From Rhizobacter sp. (GTDB lineage: Bacteria > Pseudomonadota > Gammaproteobacteria > Burkholderiales > Burkholderiaceae_C): 42,766 nucleotides of DNA. The DNA lies in contig JANLUW010000084.1 in NCBI GenBank assembly GCA_031363645.1, positions 1-42,766 of the forward strand, given 5' to 3'. This document shows positions 28,569 through 39,106 of the stretch, one piece after another. The translations under genes were made by a program, and so were the position numbers. The notes below the pieces were generated by a model that saw nothing but the letters and a program-made list of their open reading frames with translations, was not told where the DNA came from and made no database searches. How positions within the stretch are numbered: position 1 is the first letter of the stretch; the number at the start of each line of letters is the position of its first letter.

Positions 28569-29657
28569 TCAGGCTTGTTGCGCCAAGGCCCAGCCCATTT
28601 CGGCAAGCGGTCGCGCACCAACACCAGCTTGCCTTGCTTGCGCGCTCGACGCTGTCCCCATCTCGACACGTTTTGCAATTCCTTGCAGGATGCCGGCGAG
28701 GCGGAACAGGTTGTAGGCGAGGTAGAAGTTCCAGTCGGCCATCACCGCGTCGGCATCTTTGCCTCGGCCGACACGGCCGGTTCTTTCGCAATAACGCCGC
28801 ACATAGGTTTTCTCGTCGGGGATGCCGAGTGCGGCCAGATCGAGCCCGCCGATCCCGCGGAACTGGCCGGGCTGGATGTGCCACGACATGCAGTGGTAAC
28901 TGAAATCGGCCAGCGGGTGGCCGATGGTCGAGAGCTCCCAGTCGAGCACCGCGATCGCGCGCGGTTCGGTCGGATGGAACATCACGTTGTCGAGCCGGTA
29001 GTCGCCGTGCACGATCGAGATTTGTGTCTCGTCGCGCGCGCTCGCAGGCATGTGCACGGGCAGCCACTCGATCAGCCGTTCCATTTCGGGAATCGGTTGC
29101 GTGATCGACGCGAGGTACTGCTTGGTCCAGCGGCCGATCTGGCGCTCGAAGTAGTTGCCGGGCTTGCCGTAGTTCGCGAGGCCGACCTTGTGCACGTCGA
29201 CTTGGTGCAACGCTGCGATCACGCGGTTCATCTCGTCGTAGTACGCGGCGCGCTCGGGCTTGGGCGTGGCAGGGAGCGACTGATCCCACAGCACGCGGCC
29301 CGGCATGAATTGCATGACGTAGAAGGCGCGGCCGATCAGGCCTTCGTCTTCGCAAAGCAGGTGCATCGTCGGCACCGGCACCTCGGTGCCGCTAAGTGCG
29401 CTCATCACAGTGAACTCACGGTCGATCGCGTGCGCCGAAGCGAGCAGTTTGTCGGCCGGGCCGGGCTTGGAGCGCATCACGTAAGACGCAGTCGGCGTGA
29501 TCAGTTTGTAGGTCGGGTTCGACTGCCCGCCCTTGAACTGCTCGACCGTCAACGGGCCTTCGAAGCCCTCGAGCTTCGCTTCGAGAAACGCCTGCAGAAC
29601 ACCCAGGTCGAAGGCGTGCGATTCGGCGACGGGTTTGGTCCCGGTGTTGGCTTCCAT
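28569..29657 (-). CDS. APH-family phosphotransferase (ACAD10/11 kinase-domain / LvaA-like)
   Basis: [45 protein letters not shown]. Confidence 0.9.
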   Translation of the reverse strand: MEANTGTKPVAESHAFDLGVLQAFLEAKLEGFEGPLTVEQFKGGQSNPTYKLITPTASYVMRSKPGPADKLLASAHAIDREFTVMSALSGTEVPVPTMHLLCEDEGLIGRAFYVMQFMPGRVLWDQSLPATPKPERAAYYDEMNRVIAALHQVDVHKVGLANYGKPGNYFERQIGRWTKQYLASITQPIPEMERLIEWLPVHMPASARDETQISIVHGDYRLDNVMFHPTEPRAIAVLDWELSTIGHPLADFSYHCMSWHIQPGQFRGIGGLDLAALGIPDEKTYVRRYCERTGRVGRGKDADAVMADWNFYLAYNLFRLAGILQGIAKRVEMGTASSAQARQAGVGARPLAEMGWALAQQA

Positions 29658-29733
29658 GGCGTCAATCTGGTTAAAAACTATCGGACTGTCGGATTTTCTA
29701 ATGATCAGCGCCCGGCCCCAGTGCCTCGGCGCG

Positions 29734-30438
29734 CTACTTGCTGGAAATGGCCAGCAGCTTTTCTTTGGACAACACCACCAGCCGCGTCGGCTCGATGCGT
29801 ACGGCACCATCGCGCTCGAAGCCCTTGAGTTCCTGGTTGACGCGCTGCCGCGAGGCGCCGAGCAGTTGCGCCAGGTCTTCTTGTGCGAGCTGCAGACCGA
29901 TGCGAATCTCCTCGCCCTGAGCGACGCCGTAGCTACGCGCGAGCAGCAAAATCTGCTTGGCCAAACGTGACGAGAGCGGGCGCGTGTTCAGGTCTTCGAC
30001 AGCATCGAACATCAGCCGCAAGCGCCGGCAGTTCAAGCGCAGCAAGGCCTCGTACAACTCGGTGTGTTGCGACAGCAGTTCCTTGAAGCCGGCCTTTCGG
30101 ATCACCAGCAGCGTCGTCTCGCCATGCGCGTTGGAATCGTGCGTGCGCGGCAGGCCATCGAACAGCGAGATGTCGCCGAACCAGGTACCGGGCTCGACGT
30201 ACGTGAGTGTGATTTCTTTGCCCGAGAGCGAAACCGAACTGACGCGCACCGCGCCTTTGGCGACGGCGCACCATTCTTCGGCTGAGCCGCCGCGTGTCGA
30301 GAGCATCGCGCCATCGCTCATGCGCCGCACCACGGCGCGTGACAAGATCGCAATGCGCAGCGGTGACGAAAGTCTGGAAAACCAAGAGCCGGCGTCGATG
30401 TTGGAACGTTCGGCGAGTGTTAGAACGGCGGTAGTCAT
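29734..30438 (-). CDS. Crp/Fnr family transcriptional regulator
   Basis: cNMP-like domain (WFGDISLFDGLPRTH) plus C-terminal HTH QEDLAQLLGASRQRVNQELK. Confidence 0.9.
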   Translation of the reverse strand: MTTAVLTLAERSNIDAGSWFSRLSSPLRIAILSRAVVRRMSDGAMLSTRGGSAEEWCAVAKGAVRVSSVSLSGKEITLTYVEPGTWFGDISLFDGLPRTHDSNAHGETTLLVIRKAGFKELLSQHTELYEALLRLNCRRLRLMFDAVEDLNTRPLSSRLAKQILLLARSYGVAQGEEIRIGLQLAQEDLAQLLGASRQRVNQELKGFERDGAVRIEPTRLVVLSKEKLLAISSK

Positions 30439-30451
30439 GGTGAGTCGCTGA

Positions 30452-30467
30452 TGTGACAGCCTTCACG
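30452..30467. promoter_or_regulatory. Crp-like binding site between the divergent Crp/Fnr gene and the class II aldolase gene
   Basis: TGTGA-cagcct-TCACG, one mismatch from TGTGA-N6-TCACA, 13 bp upstream of the Crp/Fnr start. Confidence 0.55.
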
Positions 30468-30518
30468 CGCCGTCCCCACCTATTGTGTACGACAGCCAAG
30501 CCCCTTCGGAGACATGCC

Positions 30519-31298
30519 ATGATCCCTTCGACACTCGAAATCTCCAGCCGTAAAGGCCAGGTCAGCCCTGAAGAATGGCAGACCCGGGTCGACCTCGCAG
30601 CCGCCTATCGCCTGGTCGCGATGTTCAAGTGGGACGACCTTGTTTTCACCCACATCAGCGCACGCGTGCCGGGCCGCCACGACGAGTTTTTGATCAACCC
30701 CTACGGTCTGATGTTCGACGAGATCACCGCGTCGAGCCTGATCAAGGTCGACGCGCAGGGCAACAAGCTCGACCCCTCACCCTACGACGTGAACCCGGCG
30801 GGCTTCACGATCCACAGTGCGATCCACGCAGCGCGCCATGACGCGCAATGCGTGCTGCACGTGCACGCGCTCAACGGCATCGCGGTATCCGCGCAAAAGG
30901 GCGGGGTGTTGCCGATCTCGCAGCAGTCCATCTTCGTGCTGTCGAGCCTGGGTTATCACGGCTATGAAGGCGTGGCGCTTCGCGACGACGAGAAGCCGCG
31001 GCTCGTGGCCGACCTCGGCCCCGACAACAGTTTTTTGATGCTGCGCAACCATGGGCTGCTGACGCTCGGCAGCACCATTGCCGATGCCTTCCTGAACATG
31101 TACCTGTTCGAGACCGTGTGCACGATTCAGGTTCGGGCGATGGCCGGCGGCACCGAACTGATCAGCGTCGACTCGCGCATCATCGCCGGCGCGCAGCAGC
31201 AGGCGAAGCAGGTCACGCGCGGCATCGGTGGCGGTGCACTCGCATGGCCCGGCTTGCTGCGCAAGCTCGACAAGGCCGACCCGAGTTACCGCACCTGA
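30519..31298 (+). CDS. Class II aldolase/adducin family protein
   Basis: RVDLAAAYRL, FTHISARVPG, NPAGFTIHSAIH, LHVH metal motif, LRNHGLLT; GGAG RBS. Confidence 0.9.
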   Translation: MIPSTLEISSRKGQVSPEEWQTRVDLAAAYRLVAMFKWDDLVFTHISARVPGRHDEFLINPYGLMFDEITASSLIKVDAQGNKLDPSPYDVNPAGFTIHSAIHAARHDAQCVLHVHALNGIAVSAQKGGVLPISQQSIFVLSSLGYHGYEGVALRDDEKPRLVADLGPDNSFLMLRNHGLLTLGSTIADAFLNMYLFETVCTIQVRAMAGGTELISVDSRIIAGAQQQAKQVTRGIGGGALAWPGLLRKLDKADPSYRT

Positions 31299-31313
31299 TG
31301 CGCGAAAGGCTCG

Positions 31314-32093
31314 CTACTTGAATTGCGGCGAACGCTTTTCGAGGAATGCGTTCAGCCCTTCGGCGCCGTTGTCGTGAAACAGGTTTTCGACGAAGTGATC
31401 GCGTTCGGCATCGAGTTGCGCGTTCAGTGAGCGGCCTGCCGCCTGCCGCACCAGTTGCTTGCCGCTCGCGATCGCGTTCGGCGCCATGGCGGCTAGCCGA
31501 TCGGCGAGGCGCAGCGCCTTGGCGACCGCGTGCCCACGATCGGCCACCGCACTGACGACACCCCACCCGTGCAGTTGCTGCGCCGTCACCGTTTCGCCGA
31601 GCCAAACGAGTTGTTGCACGAGCGCTCGCGGCAGCGCTTGAGCAAGGGCCGAGGTGGCGCCGCCGTCGGGCGACAGGCCGAGCCGGCCGTGCGACAGCAT
31701 GAAGCGAGCGTCCTCGGCGGCCACGATCAGGTCGCAGGCCAGCACGAGCGAAAAGCCGGCACCGGCCGCTGCGCCCTCGACTGCCGCGATCACCGGCTTC
31801 GGAAAAACCTGCAGCGCATCGATGAGCTGGTTCAAGTGCTCCAACATCTCCACTTGTGCTGGCGGCCCCTCGCGTCGGCGCGCCAACAGGCCCTGCAGAT
31901 TGCCGCCAGCACAGAAGTGGTCGCCGTCGCCGCGCAGCAGCACGCAACGAATTTCCGGGTCGGCCTCGGCGGTGTTCAGCGATTCGATGCCGGCGGCGAT
32001 CACCTGGTGCGACAAGCTGTTGCGCGTGCCCGGATCGCTGAGGGTCAGTACCAGCGTGGCGCCGATGCGTTCGGTGAACAGTTCGGCGGTCAT
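31314..32093 (-). CDS. Enoyl-CoA hydratase/isomerase (crotonase) family protein
   Basis: FCAGGNL, PKPVIAAVEGAAAGAGFSLVLACD, GLSPDGG, AFLEKRSPQF. Confidence 0.88.
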   Translation of the reverse strand: MTAELFTERIGATLVLTLSDPGTRNSLSHQVIAAGIESLNTAEADPEIRCVLLRGDGDHFCAGGNLQGLLARRREGPPAQVEMLEHLNQLIDALQVFPKPVIAAVEGAAAGAGFSLVLACDLIVAAEDARFMLSHGRLGLSPDGGATSALAQALPRALVQQLVWLGETVTAQQLHGWGVVSAVADRGHAVAKALRLADRLAAMAPNAIASGKQLVRQAAGRSLNAQLDAERDHFVENLFHDNGAEGLNAFLEKRSPQFK

Positions 32094-32290
32094 GGGGGTG
32101 AGTCCGATCGATAGATTTGGGAGGTGTTTTGCGTTCAATCGAGGCGGGTCGAAAGGTGCTGTCGACTGCGCGAGGAATTGTGTCACGCAGAGCCTGTTCA
32201 CCGGGCGCGCAGGCCCGGTTCGGTGGTGGCTTCATGCTAGAGTGCCAGCGCTTTCTTGCAGCGATGACCACCCTCCGACACCCACCCCGC

Positions 32291-34318
32291 ATGCGCGCAG
32301 TTTCGACCTTAACCGCGACCCTCGCGATCGGCACTGCGCTCTGGCTCGCCGCCTCGCCTTCACACGCGGTGGGCTTCGGGCGAATCAGCAATTCGACCCA
32401 ACTCGGCCAGCCACTGAACTTCAGCGCCGGTGTGCGCCTCGACCTCGACGAAGTGCTGCCGCGCGAATGTGTTTCGGCCGAAGTGCAATCGGGCGACAAC
32501 AAGCTGCAGCCGCAGCAGGTTCGCGTCACGCTCGAAGGCCCGGTCGATTCTGCCGAGCGCGGCATTCGTGTCACCACCACCGCGCTGATCGACGAGCCGG
32601 TGGTCACGGTCAGCGTCACGGTCGGCTGCGGTGCCAAAGTCGCACGCAGATTCGTCGTCTTCATCGACCCGCCGCTCGTCAATGCCGCGCAGACCGCGCC
32701 GGTCGACAACCTGCTGCCGCAACGCGCGGACTCGCAGGTCGCGCCGATCGTGACGATGGTGCAGGGCGGCGATGCGCCGGCCCGAGGCGCCCCGCGCGCC
32801 GAGCGCAGCACCGCATCGGCCCGCGACCGGGCGCGCGCATCGACTCGAACCACTGCCGTCGAAAGCGCGGGCGGTGGCGCCGAGCCGTTGGCGGCGCGGC
32901 CCGACAAACCCAAGCGTCCGACCGCCTCATCGCGCCAGCCGAGCGCTGCGCGCGCCGCGCCACCGGGTGCCCGGCTCCAACTCGAAACGGCCGCTCCGGT
33001 CGCGGCACGCACGGCCCTTGCGGCTGCCTCGTCCGCAACGCCTGCACTTGTTGCTGCACCGGCGCCGGCGGCCGCTGATCCAGCGTCGTCCGTGAAGCGC
33101 GACGACGCTGCCGAACCGATCACCAAGGAGCGCCAACGCATTCAGTCGCTCGAAGACGGTCTCGCAAAAGTGCGCAGCGAATCTCAGGCCACGCAGGCCG
33201 CGTTGGCAGCGTTGCAGGTGCGATTGAAGGCGGCCGAAACCGAGCGCTACGCGAATCCGCTGGTGTATGCGCTGGCGTGGGTGTCTGCGTTGCTCGCGCT
33301 CGCCGTGGCGGCGCTGTGGTGGCGTCAGTCGCGTGCCAGCCGCTCGGGACAGTGGTGGTCCGGGCCGGCACCGGCGTCTGCGTCACCGGGCACCCGAATC
33401 GTCTCTGTGCCGGTCGCCGCGGTCGAAGTGTCGGCCCCGCAGCCGCTCGACTCGCCGCAAACGGCTGCGCATGGATTCGCTGTTTCCACCCTCATCGAAG
33501 AAGACCCACCGCACCCGTTGTCTGCGCCGGCGACCGTGCCCGCACCGATCACGGTCGAACCGACGCGCGAGTTGTCGGTCGAAGAGTTGATCGATCTGGA
33601 GCAACAGGCCGAATTCTTCATCGTGCTCGGTCAAGACGAAGCAGCGATCGAGCTGCTGATGAGCCACGTGCGCAGTGACGGCGGCATCAGCCCGCTGCCG
33701 TACCTCAAGCTGCTCGAGATCTACCGCCGCCGCGGCGACAACGACGCTTACCAGCGCATCCGCGAGCGGTTCAACCGCCGCTTCAATTCGTACGCTCCCG
33801 ACTGGGATTCGGACCTGCAACAAGGCCGAGCGCTCGAAGATTACGCTGACACGATCGCGCGCCTGCAGCAACTCTGGGCCGCGCCGGTGCGCGTGATGGA
33901 AACGCTCGATGCGTCATTGTTCCGTCGCAACAAGACCGACGAAACTTTCGACCTGCCGGCCTACCGCGAACTGCTGTTTCTTTATTCGATCGCGCGCGAT
34001 CTCGCCGAGCATGCGGGCGTGCTGCCGAACACCTCGATCGACTTGTTGCTGCCACTCGACGACCCCGGTGAGGAGCCGATCGCGCGCCTCACGCCGACCA
34101 CGCAGTCGGCCGACTTCTCGCACAGCGACTTGATGACGATGCCGCTCGACCTCGACGTTTCCTTCGGTTCGGCCAACACGCAAGGTCTGGAGACGATGCC
34201 CTCGGCGCCGCGGCGATCGAGCGCGTCGCAATTTTCGACCGGCTCCAATTTTATCGACTTCGATCTCGATGCGCCGGCCGAACCGGTGAAGCCGCCGAAG
34301 GTCAGCGGCAACCGCTGA
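32291..34318 (+). CDS. FimV-like polar landmark/type IV pilus-associated protein
   Basis: Signal peptide then GFGRI...LGQPL (FimV N-terminus), Ala/Pro-rich linker, coiled coil, one TM segment, acidic cytoplasmic EELIDLEQQAEFFIVLGQDEAAI domain; start uncertain (32234/32264/32291). Confidence 0.7.
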   Translation: MRAVSTLTATLAIGTALWLAASPSHAVGFGRISNSTQLGQPLNFSAGVRLDLDEVLPRECVSAEVQSGDNKLQPQQVRVTLEGPVDSAERGIRVTTTALIDEPVVTVSVTVGCGAKVARRFVVFIDPPLVNAAQTAPVDNLLPQRADSQVAPIVTMVQGGDAPARGAPRAERSTASARDRARASTRTTAVESAGGGAEPLAARPDKPKRPTASSRQPSAARAAPPGARLQLETAAPVAARTALAAASSATPALVAAPAPAAADPASSVKRDDAAEPITKERQRIQSLEDGLAKVRSESQATQAALAALQVRLKAAETERYANPLVYALAWVSALLALAVAALWWRQSRASRSGQWWSGPAPASASPGTRIVSVPVAAVEVSAPQPLDSPQTAAHGFAVSTLIEEDPPHPLSAPATVPAPITVEPTRELSVEELIDLEQQAEFFIVLGQDEAAIELLMSHVRSDGGISPLPYLKLLEIYRRRGDNDAYQRIRERFNRRFNSYAPDWDSDLQQGRALEDYADTIARLQQLWAAPVRVMETLDASLFRRNKTDETFDLPAYRELLFLYSIARDLAEHAGVLPNTSIDLLLPLDDPGEEPIARLTPTTQSADFSHSDLMTMPLDLDVSFGSANTQGLETMPSAPRRSSASQFSTGSNFIDFDLDAPAEPVKPPKVSGNR

Positions 34319-34336
34319 GGCGCTGATTCGACAACT

Positions 34337-35497
34337 TCAGAGTTTCGCCAAGCGGTCGAGCGCGAGGTTCAGCGTGTCGTCTTTCTTGGCAAAGCAAAAG
34401 CGCGCGATGCGCTGCTCGAACCCACCGCGGTAGAACGCTGCGAGCGGTATCGCCGCCACTCCGATCTCTGTCGCGAGCCAGCGGCAAAAATCGGCCTCGG
34501 ACAGATCGCTCGCTTCCGAATAATCGACGCACTGGAAAAAGCTGCCGCGCGTTTGTAGCGGGCGCAACCGCGTTGTCGCGAGGCCATCCAAAAACAGATC
34601 GCGCTTGCGCTGATAGAACGCTGGCAGTTCGAGGTGGTGCGATGCCTCTGCCATGTAGCTCGCCAGCGCGTGCTGCACCGGCGTGTTGACCGTGAACACG
34701 TTGAACTGATGCACCTTGCGAAACTCGGCCATCAGCGGCGCGGGCGCGGCCACGTAGCCCACCTTCCAGCCGGTCACGTGGTAGGTCTTGCCGAAGCTCG
34801 AGACGGCAAAGCTGCGCTGCGCCAGCTCGGGGAATCGCGCCACGCTCTGGTGCGCAGCGCCGTCGAAGACCATGTGTTCGTAGACCTCGTCGGCAATGAC
34901 CAAGATGTCGGTGTCGCGCAGCAGTGCCGCCAGTTGCGCCATGTGCGCTGCGGTCCAGACCGTGGCACTCGGGTTGTGCGGCGTGTTGACCACGATCGCC
35001 CGGGTGCGCGGCGTGATCGCGGCGCTGATCTTTGCGAAGTCGGGCTCGAACGTGCCCGGCGTGAGCGGTACATGCACCGCCGTGCCGCCCGCGAGTTCGA
35101 TGTTGGGTTCGTAGCTGTCGTAGCACGGGTCGAGCACGATCACTTCGTCGCCCGGATGCACGACGGCCAAGATGATTGTGATGATCGCCTGCGTGGCACC
35201 GGCGGTGACTGTGATCTCGGTGCCGGGGTCGTAGGCGTGGCCGTACGTCGCGGCGATCTTGGCAGCGACGGCTTCGCGCAGCGCCGGCACGCCGGCCATC
35301 GGCGGGTACTGGTTCAGACCGGCACGCATCGCGGTGTTCACGGCGTCGATCAGGCGCGGGTCGCAGTCGAAATCGGGGAAGCCCTGGCCGAGGTTGACGG
35401 CGCCATGCTCGTGCGCGAGCGCCGACATCACGGTGAAGATGGTCGTGCCGACGTTCGGCAAGCGGCTCGCGATCGATGGTGTGTGAAACGTGCTCAT
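34337..35497 (-). CDS. ybdL: PLP-dependent aminotransferase class I/II (methionine aminotransferase YbdL-like)
   Basis: SRLPNVGTTIFTVMS, NLGQGFPDF, NTPHNP, DEVYEH, SFGKTYHVTGWKVGY, RFCFAK. Confidence 0.88.
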   Translation of the reverse strand: MSTFHTPSIASRLPNVGTTIFTVMSALAHEHGAVNLGQGFPDFDCDPRLIDAVNTAMRAGLNQYPPMAGVPALREAVAAKIAATYGHAYDPGTEITVTAGATQAIITIILAVVHPGDEVIVLDPCYDSYEPNIELAGGTAVHVPLTPGTFEPDFAKISAAITPRTRAIVVNTPHNPSATVWTAAHMAQLAALLRDTDILVIADEVYEHMVFDGAAHQSVARFPELAQRSFAVSSFGKTYHVTGWKVGYVAAPAPLMAEFRKVHQFNVFTVNTPVQHALASYMAEASHHLELPAFYQRKRDLFLDGLATTRLRPLQTRGSFFQCVDYSEASDLSEADFCRWLATEIGVAAIPLAAFYRGGFEQRIARFCFAKKDDTLNLALDRLAKL

Positions 35498-35513
35498 CCT
35501 TGCACCACTGGGT

Positions 35514-36458
35514 TCAGAGTTGATAGTCGTCGGCCTCGCCTGCCATCGCGCCGGTAATCAGCTTGCGGCTCAGCCGGTCCGACAGCATTTCTGCGAAGGC
35601 GTAAACGAACTCGCGCAGGTAGGCGCCGCGCTTAAACGCAATGCGCGTGACGTTGGTGCCGAACAGGTGGCCGACCGGGCGCGAGACCAAATCGCCGCCC
35701 GGCGGGTCGTCACGAACCGCCGCCTCGGCGACGATGCCCACGCCCAGGCCGATGCGCACGTAGGTCTTGATGACGTCGGCATCGATCGCTTCGAGCACGA
35801 TGTTGGGCTTGAGGTTGCGCGCGGCGAATGCTTGATCGACGCGCGTGCGGCCGCTGAATGACGGGTGGTACGAGACCAACGGCAGCAGCGCCAGATCTTC
35901 GAGTGAGATGCGCTCGGCCTGCGTCAGCGGATGACCCGCCGGCATCACGACCGCGTGCCGCCATTCGTAGCAGGGCAGGCTGACGAGATCGGGCATGTCG
36001 GCGAGGGCTTCGGTCGCGATGCCGATGTCGGCCACCTCATCGCGCACCATGCGCGCGACCTGTTCCGGCGAGCCTTGGTGCAGCCTGATGTTGACTTTGG
36101 GAAAGCGCTTGCGCAGCTGCGCCACTGGCTCGGGCAAAAAGTAGCGCGCTTGGCTGTGCGTGGTCGCGATCGACAAGGTGCCCGCGTCCTGCATCGAGAA
36201 CTCTTCACCGATGCGCTTCAAGTTGCCGACCTCGCGCATGATGACCTCGATGCTTTTGAGCACCTGCTGACCCGGCTCGGTGATGCGGCGCAGGCGCTTG
36301 CCGTGGCGCGCGAAGATGTCGACGCCGAGTTCGGCTTCGAGCTCCAGGATCGCCTTCGAGATACCGGGCTGCGAGGTGAACAGCGCCTTCGCGGTCTCGG
36401 TCAGATTCAGGTCACGGCGGGCGGCCTCTTGCACGAAGCGGAACTGGTGCAGGTTCAC
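35514..36458 (-). CDS. cysB: CysB/Cbl family LysR regulator
   Basis: MNLHQFRFV, LNLTETAKALFTSQPGISK, IATTHSQARY, DADVIKTYVRIGLGVGI; GTG start. Confidence 0.85.
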   Translation of the reverse strand: MNLHQFRFVQEAARRDLNLTETAKALFTSQPGISKAILELEAELGVDIFARHGKRLRRITEPGQQVLKSIEVIMREVGNLKRIGEEFSMQDAGTLSIATTHSQARYFLPEPVAQLRKRFPKVNIRLHQGSPEQVARMVRDEVADIGIATEALADMPDLVSLPCYEWRHAVVMPAGHPLTQAERISLEDLALLPLVSYHPSFSGRTRVDQAFAARNLKPNIVLEAIDADVIKTYVRIGLGVGIVAEAAVRDDPPGGDLVSRPVGHLFGTNVTRIAFKRGAYLREFVYAFAEMLSDRLSRKLITGAMAGEADDYQL

Positions 36459-36838
36459 GGTGCGGCTTCGCTCGTCGAGAGCACGGCGGCGTGTGCCATC
36501 GCCTCGATCACACTGTCGACCTCGCCGATCGCGCGTTGCAGACGCCAGCTGACCTGCGGGTGCGCGGCGCTCAGCTCGGCCAGCAAGGCAGGCAGGTCCT
36601 TGCGCACGTGGCCGCCCGCGCCGAGGAACAGCGGGACCACGTCGACTCGGGCGCAGCCCGATGCGACCAGTGCCTCGCCGGCCTCGCGCAGAGTCGGCGT
36701 CATGAACTCGAGGAACGCGAGTTGCACCGCCGCGCCCGGTTCGCGCTCGCGCACGCGGCGAGCCACGTCATCGAACGGCGTTGCCCATCGCGGGTCGCGC
36801 GCGCCGTGCGCGAACAGCAAAATGCCACGTTTGCTCAT
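36455..36838 (-). CDS. CbiX/SirB N-terminal domain chelatase-like protein
   Basis: LFAHGARDPRW, AFLEFMTP, PLFLGAGGHVRKDLP; ATG overlaps the lptG stop. Confidence 0.85.
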   Translation of the reverse strand: MSKRGILLFAHGARDPRWATPFDDVARRVREREPGAAVQLAFLEFMTPTLREAGEALVASGCARVDVVPLFLGAGGHVRKDLPALLAELSAAHPQVSWRLQRAIGEVDSVIEAMAHAAVLSTSEAAP

Positions 36839-37974
36839 CGGTACCTCACCAGCCAACTGAACGCGGCCAACGACAACAACAAATACAGCGCGCTAGGTGC
36901 TGCGGCGACCATCCACGGCGTCCAGTCGCGCAGCAGCCCGAGGTGGCCTGCAACGTTGTTCAGCAGCACGAAACTGATGCCCAGCATGATGCCGCCGAAC
37001 ACCTTCAAGCTGACGCCACCGCCGCGCGCATGCATGTACGCGAACGGCAGCGCGAGGCCCACCATCACGAGGCAGGCGAACGGGTAGAGCGCGCGTTTCC
37101 AGAATTGGATCTGATGGCTCTGCGCGGCCTGCTCGTTTTCTGACAGGTGAACGATGTAGCGCGCCAGATCGATCGTCGACATCGAGCTGACGGGCGACAC
37201 AGCCGCTGCGACCACCGCTGCCGACAGGCTGCTGCGCCAAGCCAGTTCGGGCAATTTTTGCTCGGGCACCTGCACTTGTGTCTGCACCGTCGCTGGCGCA
37301 CTTTCGTGGCTGGCCTTGTCGGCGGTCCAGCGCGTCACCGTCACGTCTTTCAGCGCCCAGGTCTGGTTCGGTTCGACTTGTGCGCTCACCGCACCGATGC
37401 GCCGCAGCAAGCGGCCGTCGCCGTCGAACTCGAAAATTCGGATGTCGTGCAGCAAGGTTTTTGGCCCGGCCGACCCGACGTTTATCGAGTAGCTGCGTTC
37501 GCCGTCGGGCGTCATCACATGGTCTTTGAGCCACGCGCCCGAGCGGCCGAGTTTCAAGCCACCTTTGTACACGGCCTGTACCTGCCTCGCCTGGCGCTCG
37601 CTGAGCGGCGCGAGGTAATCGCCGACGACGAAGGTCAGCACGCCGAACACCATGCCGAGCGTCGCGAGCAGCGAGAGTGCGCGCCATGGCCCGAGGCCGC
37701 CGGTGCGCAAGATCGTGTACTCCGACGACTGCGCCATGCGCGAGAGCGTGTAGATCGTGCCGATCAGCACCGCGATCGGCGCGACCTCGTAGAAGTGCCC
37801 GGGCACCAGCAGCAGCGAATACAGCGTCGCCTGGACCATCGTGTAGCCGTCCTGGCCGACATCGCCGAGTTGGTCGATGAAGTCGATGAAGAACGACAGC
37901 GACAAGAACGCTGCGGCGACGAACGCAACGGCCGTGACGATGTCGACATAGAACAGCCGGCGAACGGTCTTCAT
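36835..37974 (-). CDS. lptG: LPS export ABC transporter permease LptG
   Basis: MKTVRRLFY, PIAVLIGTIYTLSRMAQSSEYTILRTGG, KVFGGIMLGISF; directly follows lptF with a 4-bp overlap. Confidence 0.92.
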   Translation of the reverse strand: MKTVRRLFYVDIVTAVAFVAAAFLSLSFFIDFIDQLGDVGQDGYTMVQATLYSLLLVPGHFYEVAPIAVLIGTIYTLSRMAQSSEYTILRTGGLGPWRALSLLATLGMVFGVLTFVVGDYLAPLSERQARQVQAVYKGGLKLGRSGAWLKDHVMTPDGERSYSINVGSAGPKTLLHDIRIFEFDGDGRLLRRIGAVSAQVEPNQTWALKDVTVTRWTADKASHESAPATVQTQVQVPEQKLPELAWRSSLSAAVVAAAVSPVSSMSTIDLARYIVHLSENEQAAQSHQIQFWKRALYPFACLVMVGLALPFAYMHARGGGVSLKVFGGIMLGISFVLLNNVAGHLGLLRDWTPWMVAAAPSALYLLLSLAAFSWLVRYR

Positions 37975-39077
37975 GCGCCGGCCGCTCCGGCCGTCAGGCG
38001 TGCGCGCCAGCGGCCGCGGCGGTTGCCGGTCTCGCGCCACCACAGCAGTCCGATCGCGATCAAAAAGGCGCCGCCGTGCGTGAGCGCGAGCGCCGCACCC
38101 ATGCTCACCTTGCCACCCGCCACCCAGGCTTGCGACAAGTTGATGGCGTTGTAGTAGGTCGCGAAGGCGAGCAGCGCGAACAGCAGGTTCCAGTTGCTGG
38201 CGCGGCGCGGGTTGGTGGCCGAAAGGCCGATGCCGAGCAGCATCATGTTGGCCGCGCCGAACAACAGGCCGAGCCGCCACACCAGTTCGCCCTGGTTGCG
38301 CGCGGTCGGCTCCTGCAGCAGCGCGAGGCTGGTGCGCGCTTTCGGCGGCAGGTCGTCCATGCCCGAGATCACGCGCTCGCCGGCGCGTGCGCTGTAGCCC
38401 TCGAAGCGTGCGCGCGTCTTGTCGCCGGTCTTCATGTTCTCTTCGTTTTGCTGGCCGCGGGTGAGCTGCAGAAAACGGTCGTCGCCGACCAGCTCGATGC
38501 GGCCGCTGCGCGCCGAGGTGACCGATTCGGAATCGGGCTGCGAGTTCAGGATGAAAACGTTGCGGCCGGTGCGGCTGTCGGCTGCGTCGCGCTCGATGAA
38601 GAACACGCGCTTGCCGTCGTTCGAGGTCTGAAACTGGCCGGGCGTGACACGCGACAGATCGGAGCGTCGCTCGAAGCGTTCTTTGAGCTCGACGCCGCGC
38701 TGGTTCTGCCACGGCCAGACGAACAACGCCAGCAGCCCGATCACCAGCAGCACCGGCCAGCACACGCGCAGCACGGGGCGCACGAAGCGCGTCAGGCCGA
38801 CGCCACTGGCGAACCAGATCGTCATCTCGCTCTCGCGATACATGCGCGAGTGCGTGGCCACCACCGCGATGAAGAGCGACAGCGCCAGCATCGTCGGCAG
38901 GTGGCCGAGCGCCACGTAGCCGAGCAGCAGGATCACGTCTTGCGGTGCGACTTGCCCGCCCGCGGCTTGGCCGAGCGTGCGAATCAACATCATCGTCAGC
39001 ACGATGGTGAGGATCACCACCAGGGTGGCGCCGAAGTTGCGCGCCAGTTCTCGGCGCAAAGTGGAATCGAATAACAT
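37971..39077 (-). CDS. lptF: LPS export ABC transporter permease LptF
   Basis: MLFDSTLRRELAR, SRMYRESEMTIWFASG, PGQFQTS, NPRR; divergent from pepA. Confidence 0.93.
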   Translation of the reverse strand: MLFDSTLRRELARNFGATLVVILTIVLTMMLIRTLGQAAGGQVAPQDVILLLGYVALGHLPTMLALSLFIAVVATHSRMYRESEMTIWFASGVGLTRFVRPVLRVCWPVLLVIGLLALFVWPWQNQRGVELKERFERRSDLSRVTPGQFQTSNDGKRVFFIERDAADSRTGRNVFILNSQPDSESVTSARSGRIELVGDDRFLQLTRGQQNEENMKTGDKTRARFEGYSARAGERVISGMDDLPPKARTSLALLQEPTARNQGELVWRLGLLFGAANMMLLGIGLSATNPRRASNWNLLFALLAFATYYNAINLSQAWVAGGKVSMGAALALTHGGAFLIAIGLLWWRETGNRRGRWRARLTAGAAGA

Positions 39078-39106
39078 CGGCGGCTCGTCAAAAGGACCCG
39101 CCGATT

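Noticed and set aside
28569-29657. Aminoglycoside resistance gene
   Set aside because: APH fold only; motifs and linkage to an acyl-CoA dehydrogenase indicate the metabolic ACAD10/11-type kinase.
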